From Gracilinanus agilis (lineage: Eukaryota), in NCBI RefSeq assembly GCF_016433145.1, contig NC_058130.1, positions 706,523,799-706,587,798 on the forward strand: a DNA stretch of 64,000 bases. Reading direction: 5' to 3'. A program made the translations under genes and the position numbers. A model generated the notes under the pieces. It saw nothing but the letters and a program-made list of their open reading frames with translations. It was not told the DNA's origin and ran no database searches. Positions 54,550 through 64,000 of the stretch are shown in pieces (the first letter of the stretch is position 1; each line of letters starts with the position of its first letter).

Positions 54550-56221
54550 ATTGTATAGTTATTTCTAATGGAATGTCTCTTTCTATCTTTTCCTACTTGG
54601 GGTAGGAGAAGGTAGGGAGTTAATATTCAGAAATTCTGGTGATTTACATGGATTTATATCCTTCAATTTTGCTAAAGTTATTGTTTTAATTAATTTTTAG
54701 TTGACTCAGGATACCTAATATGATCTACACAAAGCAATTATTTCCATTTTGCCTATGTTTATTCCTTTAATTTCATTTTCTTGTATTATTGCTATAATTA
54801 GCATTTCTAGACAAATTTTTGGTTTAATAGTATGTAATAATGAACATATTTGCTCTGTTGATCTAAATGGAAAGACCTCTTGTATATCTCTATTACCTAT
54901 GATGCTGGCTCTTTAGAGAGATTATTCTTGCCATCTTAAGGAAAAGTCTCATTCCTCTGCTTCCTTGTGTGTGTATGTGTGTACATGTGCATGTGTGTGT
55001 ATGTGTTTTAGTAGGTAGGGGTGTTGAATTTTGTCTGACTTTTTTTCAGCATCTATTGATATTTTGTGGTTTTTACAATTTTTTGTTACTAATGTGGGCT
55101 GTTATGTTTATAGTTTTCCTTATCCTGAAGCCACCTTGCTGTCCTAGTATAAATTCAACCTGGTTATAATGTATAATCTTTTTAATGTTGCTTAATATAG
55201 TGACCTCTTACTAACATTTTATTTAACATTTTGCAACAATATTCATTAGGGATAATTGATCTATAGTTTATGTTTCTCCCTGGCATACAAGACCATTTTT
55301 GTATCATAGAAAGAGTTTGGAAGGATCCCTTTGCTACTTCTTGCAGTTTATGTAATATAGGACTTAATTGTTCTTTGAATGATTGAAAGAATTCATTTGA
55401 AAATCCATATGATTATGGGATTTTTTCCCTTTGGGTGTTCATTAAGGACTTGTTAAATTTCTTTTTCTTATATATTTAAACTATTGATTTGCTTCCAAAA
55501 TGCTATCCTGGCTCTTTCTCTTGCTGTGGCCTAAAAGTAGCTGTCTGGGTGTTATGCTCCCTCTTCCTAATACACTGACTTATAGAGCCTTGGGTGGGGC
55601 TTCCTGGGTATGGTGCTTTGGGCTGGTTTGCCTCAGTTTTAGGATGACTGAGCCTAGGTGTGGTACCTCTTTCTGAGCACTACACTGCTTATAGTTTAGG
55701 CTGGGCTGCCCTCAGTGCTGCCTAAGTGCTGTTCTGGTCCTGTCTGTCTACTCTACTATTTATGCTGTTTGTACACTGCCTTCCTGGCTTGTTTCCTGGT
55801 TTGTCTCTGTTCAGAACTTCCTCAGGTTTTTAGTAGGCTTCTGCAGTTCTGGACTGAATGGAGAAGCTCATTTCTATTTCTCTTTGATTTTATCGTATTC
55901 CACAGGTGCATTTTTAGAGCTTTTCTGGGTTGTAGGTGAGATATTTAGGTACTTCCAGGTTCCCACTGTAAAAGGGAATTCTTTGTTCTCTTTGAGTTCA
56001 CACTTGTGAAAGGGAATCCCTTATTCTTTTTGCCTAGTTGGAGCTAATACTTTAGTTAACCTAACTTAAGTACAAACTTGAACTAGGTGGAGGAGCTAGC
56101 AAACTACTTGGTGAATTCACACCCTACTTAGTGCTAGGTGTGAAGCCAGCAAGATACTTGGAAAGCTCCACCTTTTTTTCTAACTATTCACCCCTCCAGA
56201 AGGTGTGAACTGGTTCCCACA

Positions 56222-58770
56222 AACACACCACATACCACCATTTCTTTCTTTGTAGCACTTTAAAAAAAAGACCAATTGCAACAGTTCATCAAATCCACAT
56301 ACAAAAACTTGTGAACACCATATGGGATGAAGAAGTGACTAGACAGAAAAAGCTTTCAGCAATGTCCTAAAGTTTGATGGGACAGAAGGGCCCTTACTAC
56401 TCTGCTCTTATATGGCCCAATAAAATTTCACTCCCCTAGGTCAACCATCAATTACCTTTTTATCCGTACCGTCTTTTAAAATCCATGCCCAAAGCTTCTT
56501 TAAAAAATATTCCATTATATGTTGATAGTGTTATGAGCAAAAAATACTAAGTGGATGTTGGCTGATGCAAACTCATAGCTGAAAATGTTCTTTAAAAAGA
56601 AAGCACGTGATCCAATAGTTCTAACACAAAGTGCTACAAATAAAAGGAAGAAAATTTGTTTTTGTAACTGAATATATGTAGAGTATACCAGATATACTTT
56701 GTAGCAACCTGCTTTTTATTAAAAAAAAAAAGTTGAAGTGTCATTGAAAGTGTTACAAGTTACTACACAGAACACAACTCATTTACAATGTTCTATTTGC
56801 AGTGTTGCCACCTTTAAATTTTTTAAAGCCAGAAAAACTCAAAATGTTTTTATGGTACAACTGATTTTATAGATTTCTATCCACAGGGGGAAGATAAGAA
56901 TTTCCATATTATGAAGTTACCTCCAGAATTAAAAAATCTTACCTAGAACTTCTTACAGCACAAAGTATGATCACCCTCTGCCCAGCTGATATGGTGACAG
57001 GCACCATGACTCCTCTCACTATCATCTCCAGACACTTATTTGTGTGGACAGGAGGCTTAAATCCAATCCACCAATCCAAACACTTTAAAAAAGTTTCACT
57101 TCCTTCCTTGCTGTCCTCTGTCAAGGAACTGGCATCTTTATGGAAACAGGTAAACAGAAGTCCCACTTTCATACACCTGAAAAGAGACAAAACTCTGGGA
57201 GCTGGGAATCCACACCGTTGATTGACAGATGAAGACTGTTGGACATCAGAATGTTCCCAGAGGCCACGAGGACAGGGGAGAAAGCGGTTGGCCAGGGGGG
57301 GTATAAATACCCTGGCAGCCCTGGCTTTTGGTTCCTTTCACTTCCCTTGGACCTGAAATCTGTGGATCCTGGTCTATTGGGGATTGGTGGCTTGCTTGGC
57401 TCAACCTTGCAAGAACCTCCTGTCTTGTACCTGATTAACTTTGCCAACCTGTACCCAGACGATCAATCTTCTTATTCTACTGTCCCCTAGATATTTAGGA
57501 ATTCAAATCATCTGTAGTTATCTAGGTATCCCAGGGCCTGGGAGGGATCCGGGAAGTGGGCAGAAGAAGAAGAGGATGGATAGGGGTGGATCCTGAAGGC
57601 TGTATAGGCATAACATCTAGCAGGAAGAAGAAGCTGAAAAACATCAAACAGCAGCTTGCTTGCTCTGGTTTGGCTGTGGCCAGGCTGAGCCAGAGGAGCT
57701 AAAATCTAACCAGAATCAATTACCTACCTACAGCTCTGAGGGTTTACTATTACCAAAATTAGTTTAGGGTTTCCCAGTTCCTCTTTCCATTTCCCAATAC
57801 TCCATCTTTGCTAAAATATAGATAAACTATTCAAGTACCTTCCTAGAGTGGTTGTTTCATAACTTCTCTGGGAAGGGAGTCACGCAGTCAGATAAACCGT
57901 TTCCAAGGCTAATAGAGCCCAATATCTATCATCAATCAACCCCAGGTGGGACCTGAAGGGATACCACCCATTGACCTGAAGGATCCTGCCTGGGCACTAT
58001 TATAAAGGAGGGAGGTGTTACATTATCTAACTAGGTGGCAAGCTTCAGTTGATCTTGCACTAGCAAATATCTGAACTTCCATTGCTGTCACACAATTAGC
58101 AGTGGTAGTATCCAGTTTACCCCCTCTCTCCATCTATACCCATTTATTTTATAACACCATCAGAAGCCTCCAATTGATTCAAATGATTTTCAAGACCAAA
58201 TCTGCAAATTCTCCTAGTAGATTCAATTTTGCAGCCAATAAATATTCTAAATCATCGTTATAATACAATTTTATTAACTCCACTGTTCTGAGAATTCATA
58301 GGCTGGTTATCTAATTTTCTTTTGCAGTCACCCAAATTCTTTAATCAGTTATACAGCCTCTGACTTCCCCTAGAAGTCCTAGAAACATAGGGTAGAGGTG
58401 GAGTAATAACGGACCCTTGAGGCTCTTTTTACTCCCTACTCTAATTGTCAGTTGTTACTACCCCCTATCTTTTTTCCTCTTTTATAGTACTAAGTTCTTC
58501 TGGGCTTAAGGAATTCTCTAGAGAAATCTTTAGATCAGAGTATGCTTTCCACCTGAAGGTTGATAGTCTTTGCTTCCATTAACATTGACTTTTGCACCTG
58601 GTTAATCAACAAACTCTTTAAATTGTCCTCTTTCTTTGAGGCATGATTTAAAGACCAAAAGTTCATTTACCTCTTCCTCTAAAAGCCTCATGTGCAAGGG
58701 CAATTTATTCTCACTCTCCTTGTGTTGACTATATACCTTTTCCATAGTTATTTATAAGAACCTGGGGAAG
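56222..58770 (-). pseudogene. Possible decayed retrocopy of an unidentified mRNA, split by an LTR-like insertion
   Basis: Minus strand shows broken coding-like text (58770-58020, 57215-56940) followed by AT-rich 3'UTR-like text with AATAAA. Parent gene not recognised. Confidence 0.35.
57216..58022 (+). mobile_element. Probable solo LTR
   Basis: (C/T)GTTGATT start, TATAAATA near 57300, ends GTTACA. No TSD found. Confidence 0.45.
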
Positions 58771-58834
58771 GGGTATATATCTGCATTTTCAAACATACAT
58801 CATGCTAACCCCACAGGATAAGTAGCATCCTCTT

Positions 58835-59059
58835 AATTTTTATTTTTATTTATTTAATTTATTTTAAAATCCCCTACTTTCTGCCTTAGAAATCAATACT
58901 ATGTATAGGTTCCAAGGCAGAAGAGTGCTAAGGGCTAGGCAATGGGAGTTGTGACTTGCCCAGGGTCACACAGCTAGGAAATGTTTGAGGTCAGATTTGA
59001 ACCTAGGACCTCCCATCTCTAGACCTGACTCTCAATCCACTGAGTCACCCAGCTGTCCC
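58835..59059 (-). mobile_element. SINE1_Mdo-like SINE
   Basis: Consensus match. Confidence 0.87.
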
Positions 59060-59214
59060 CCTTCTCTTTATTTTTAAAAGGGAAATTTCTCATTTCATTT
59101 TCACAAGTATTCTGAATGTATTAAACATCAAATAGGTATTTCTTTGTTTGAACTGAGGTGTACTAGGTATTTGGGGAAGACTAGTACCTCTGTTGTGAGG
59201 GCTTGCCAAGCTCT

Positions 59215-59708
59215 TTTCAGGGCTGCTTTGGTGTTTGGTGTCTGTCAGTTCTCACCTGTGGCTCTAAGAAGCGGTAACATGCATAGTGGCCACACCCTAG
59301 TAAACTTTCTTGGTAGGCAGGCTAAACATGGTTCAGGGTAACTGATAGGGCCTCAAACCTGTCCATGAATTAGGGGGTGTCTACCCAGGCATTCCAAAGA
59401 TTTCCCTCAGAGGAAGAGGGGGGGATGAGAACAATTTGTTCCAAAGACCACAGATGTGGATGAAGCAGCCTTTGTGGAGTACTTAGAGCTTGGTCAGATA
59501 TCAAAGAAGCCAAGGTCATCCAATGCTTCCTGAGCTATTGCTAAGTCATTTTGATTTGTCTTAGCCACTGGTCTTTGATGACTCCAGAAGAGGTGGTGGT
59601 GTTGGCTGACTTTATGCAACTCTGCTTTAATTAAATTTATTTATGCTCTAGTCAAAAAACATCAGCAGTGATGTCTGTTTTGGGACTCTTGGAGAATGAA
59701 GAACAACC
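59215..59708 (+). mobile_element. Old marsupial RTE-type LINE 3'-end fragment
   Basis: CTTAGAGCTTGGTCAGA...CCAAGGTCATCCA...GTGATGTC...GAAGAACAA resembles the marsupial RTE 3' end as recalled; not verified. Confidence 0.45.
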
Positions 59709-59806
59709 GCCACCATTTATATAAACATCACAGAACAGAAGGAAAGAATTATGTGAAACTGAATATCATGTAGAACTAGATTTTTATTTTTAAACATATA
59801 ACAAAT

Positions 59807-60048
59807 GGGGGTAGCTAGATGGTTCAGTGGATAGAGTGCCAATTCTGGAGTCAAATGTGTCCTCGGACGCTTCCTACCTGTGTGCCCCTGAGTAAGTCCC
59901 TTAACTGTGTCTAGCTCAGTTTCCTCCTGTGTAGAATTAGCTGGAAAAAGAAATGGCAAAATAGTCTAGTATCACTGCCAAGAAAACCTCAAATAGGGTC
60001 ACCAAGAGTCTGACGCGATTGAAAGGACTCAACAAAACGTAACAAATT
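59807..60048 (+). mobile_element. MAR1-like SINE
   Basis: tRNA head, CORE and RTE tail (GCCAAGAAAACC...AAGAGTCTGACG). Confidence 0.8.
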
Positions 60049-60149
60049 ATGCTCACTTTCAAAGTTGTCCGTGATTCCTTCTGGCCTTTCTACTGTTATT
60101 TTATTTTATTTTTTAGCTCTATCCTTTAGGTCTCGTCAGCTGAAAAGAA

Positions 60150-60600
60150 AACCCCCTGCAACAGTCAGGTATAGTCAGTCGAGTCAAACGAATTCTCACG
60201 AAGGAACCAGGAGGATAGGAGGGGGAGGGAGCACGGTCATCCCTGAGCATCTCGGGGCCGGGAGGAGACAAGTGAGCCCTCAGTCTTTCTATGCCATTAT
60301 TACCGGCCCCATTTTACTAAAAAAGGAGGGTCGGGCTGCGGAGAAGCAGCTAGTTCAGGGCCATTCAGCTAGTGAGTGAGAATGGGGATGGGGATGGCGG
60401 TCGCTCAATCCCGGCTCTATTCTTCTTCCCAGTTACCACCCCGCCCTCGTAGAAGGAGGCCATGCAGAGCTGAACCACCAAGATTGGAGGCTTCCAGGTC
60501 ACCTAGAACAGCGGGAGCAGCCTTGTGGGCGGTACTTCCTATCTGTGTCACTGGCCCTCCTCCCAGGGGCGGTGTCTGATTTGCGGGAGCTTGTCCTCAC
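60150..60600. promoter_or_regulatory. CpG-rich patch, possible third (orphan or decaying) promoter
   Basis: About 20 CpG in ~550 bp (counted from ~60070), GC boxes, ACTTCC(TA) at ~60534, + strand donor CAA|GTGAGC at 60272. Confidence 0.5.
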
Positions 60601-60619
60601 CCCTCCCTTTCTCTTTTAC

Positions 60620-60646
60620 AAATAAATAAATAAATAAATAAATAAA
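60620..60646. repeat. (AAAT)n microsatellite
   Basis: Direct reading of the sequence. Confidence 0.93.
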
Positions 60647-60871
60647 GATCTAATATAAGCCTCTAAGATTAATTTTAATAATAACAGTTCAAATCTAGCC
60701 TCAGACACTTCCTAGTTGTATGACCCTGGACAAGTCACTTAATCTCCATTGCCTACCCCTTACCACTTACCTTAGAAAGCAAGGTTTTGGTTATATATAT
60801 ATATATTATTATTATTATTCCCAACCTTTCCCAGGCAGTAACGTTTACATTTTTTTTTTAATTCTTTTAAG

Positions 60872-61615
<744 letters not shown>

Positions 61616-62578
61616 CCATTGTCAGAGCCTCCAGACTCCTGGCCTGGTTTCTATGCTTTGTGCTACCTAACTGCCCCAATTATGTAAAGAGAGGCCTAAA
61701 GACAGTAGATGCGCCTCCAAGACAAAGAGACTATACTTACACTTTTGCCAGAGCTTTCCTCTACTTAAGAATCCCAAAGGAGTTTGAGGAGTGAAAGTGA
61801 TTGAAGTTAAACTAATTACCCCTAAGGCAATACTGAACAGCATCTAGAGGGAAGTGGTGTTTTTGTCTGGAGAAAGAATAGGCTAGGCAGGAGATAACAA
61901 AGAACCTCAGAGCTGTGGTCTTGAATCAGTCAAAGGAAACAAGTTTTTGCCAATCTTAAAGGTCATTTTCCTAGCTGAAAAAAAAAATTAGCACTCCATT
62001 TGAAAAGGGTGTGGCAACGCTTCAACTCTCTATGACTACCTATTGATGAATAAGCTCAGTAGATCAGATACCAACCTGAACAGCACCATTGAATAGTCCC
62101 TGCCCAGTGATCAAGTGGTCTTCTGTGACCATTTGCTTCTTATGAGAAACCAGTATGACCACTAAGTGATATATTGCCCATCCAGCCTAGACCCCTTGTC
62201 CTAGGGGGAGAAAGCCCAGGTAAGCCACTACAGGAAGTTAGGTAGAGACACAGACGTATTCAACCAAGAGCCAGTTGAAGGGCATGTTGAGGACCTTCCA
62301 GAAAAATCAATGATATCAACCTTACAGTTCCAGAATTGTGAGTTATGTTGGTCTTATTTTTAGATGTGCTGATGTTATTGTATAAGTTGTTCCCCTTGTT
62401 CTACTCACTTTATTCTACAGCAGTCCACACAAATCTCTTCATTTTCATTCCATTCATGTTCCATAATTAGTTCAGCTATCACTGAATTGACAGATAGTCA
62501 TTTAGTTTCCAGTTCTTTTCCCTTCATGGTACTCCAGAGGTACCCTGCCTCCATGGACTATAATAGGAGGTTAGGCTC

Positions 62579-63248
62579 TGTGTAATTAGAATTGCTCTAG
62601 CCCATTCATAGTCAAACTCTACTTGCCCTAGACTTAGAAATGATGTCATCTTCACCTCCCTTAGTGGGAGGGGGATGAGTTACCCACACGTGACAATAAG
62701 TAACAAATCAAGAACGAGGGACTATCCTTTGGGCAGTCCAAATCAGTGTAGAGGCTGCCATTTGTCCACTTGAATTAGAGGTGGACCCACAGGAAGTGAC
62801 CAAAGACACTTTTTCTTCAAGTATGTTGTTGACTTCCTGTTGAGGGAGTTCAAGCTTTGAACTTGGTGCTGAAAGATCTCCTATCCTCAGGCAGCTTCTA
62901 CTCTGAATTGTCACATGGGTAAGTTAGGCTGACTTCCTTGACCTACCTAGGCTGCTTCCAAACTCTGCCTTAAGCAGGCACTAGCCTATCTGGTTGCTAG
63001 GCCTTGAGGCTTGTAGCCTGATTTATTTAGCCTTTTAACCTTCTCTCTCCGTCCAGGCCTCTGCAGGCCTGGACCAGCCTCTCCCTCTCTTTATTTCCTT
63101 ACCTTTACCTTCCTAATTGTAAATAAACTACCTTAAACCCAGTCCTGACTTGGGTCTAATTTAATTACGGAATCAATCTAAATTGTTGATTCCTGAAGGC
63201 CACACTTTAAATATATATCTATAAGATACCCTAAATCTCCCTCTTACA
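62579..63248 (+). mobile_element. Solo ERV1-type LTR of the same family, with 4-bp TSD
   Basis: TGTGTAATTAG...CTTACA flanked by GCTC on both sides. Confidence 0.94.
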
Positions 63249-64000
63249 GCTCTTAAATCCCATATAACTCTTTCTATCACTGAAACTAGTGGTCCCTATT
63301 ATCTTTTGCAATGTTCCAAGGTTGGAAAAACTATGGGCACACAAAGGTGCTAATAGAGTATCTTTAGGGATCACAAGAGATTCTCATTTCTCTACTTTAG
63401 TACTTCTCTTCTTCCATTAGGAAAACTGGGTCAATTCTAACAGGGATAGGACAAGAGAAGTCTGAGTGTTTACAGTGAGCCCCTGGCACTAGGGACCTCT
63501 TTCAGATCATCTTCAGGAAAATGCCTGGTTTAGAGAGCCGAATGAGATCCTGACAATGATTTTCGCAATGGAAACTGAAGTTGCCATTTGTTAATTGTGG
63601 ATGTTGACACCATTGCCCAGGTAATGGGGATCTGGGAGCATGGAATGGAAGGGAAAGGGTAAATGGATGAAGTTAAAGGGAAGTCCCCATTAAATTCTGA
63701 TTCCCTGAGTGTCTATCCATTGTTCCCATTTTACTCTGACTTCAATGGTCCCTCAGTCCTTGGAAAGTCCTAACTCTTCCTATCCCCCTTTTCCTATAAA
63801 AATTGTGACTTCTCCTGGTCCCTGTAAGAGCATGTGGGTCTCTCTTCTCTACGTGTGCAATGGGGAGCTCCCTCAAGGGATGCTGAAGAAAAGTACTTGT
63901 GGGGATAAATGAGACTGAATACAATGAAGTGTGTCAGGAAGTGCCAGAGATAATAAAGAAGGCCAGCTATGGTTGTGAGTGGAGGGTGTATGAGTAGGGC

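Larger units (their letters stand above)
51790..55450 (-). mobile_element. Fragmented old L1 (3'UTR/ORF2), interrupted by SINEs and an LTR
   Basis: Typical reverse L1 text (e.g. TTTAATTTGTACTTCTCTAGCTATTAGTG, CATCCTTGC-type and AGTTTGGAAGG blocks). Boundaries approximate. Confidence 0.6.

Noticed and set aside
63250-64000. Possible ERV pol/internal remnant
   Set aside because: No convincing RT, RNase H or integrase motif could be read.

Overview
Marsupial genomic DNA, most likely a didelphid opossum given the SINE1_Mdo/MAR1-type SINEs and marsupial L1, RTE and ERV1 repeats. It holds a tandem cluster of + strand C2H2 zinc-finger genes. (1) An intact SCAN-zinc-finger gene: CpG-island promoter, exons 3341-3748, 11493-11667 and 18146-19077, 504 aa, 7 fingers. 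(2) An intact KRAB-A/B zinc-finger gene: second CpG island, coding exons 38324-38359, 39774-39900, 42065-42169 and 47123-48651, 598 aa, 12 intact fingers. (3) A dead zinc-finger exon at ~60872-61615 next to a third CpG-rich patch. No orthologue is recognised, so no gene symbols are given. The rest is repeat-rich (L1, L2, MIR, RTE, SINEs, hAT MITEs, ERV LTRs), with one N gap. The most unusual structure is a 1.5-kb palindrome of two back-to-back ERV 3' LTRs, flanked by one 4-bp target-site duplication, in intron 2 of the SCAN gene; its inner 434 bp are identical between arms. Other leads: exon phases that would let the single SCAN exon splice onto the KRAB gene, a candidate stop/restart cassette exon, a three-part composite SINE, and a nest of hAT ends at one target site. 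All alignments and coordinates were made by eye; repeat family names come from memory, not a database search.
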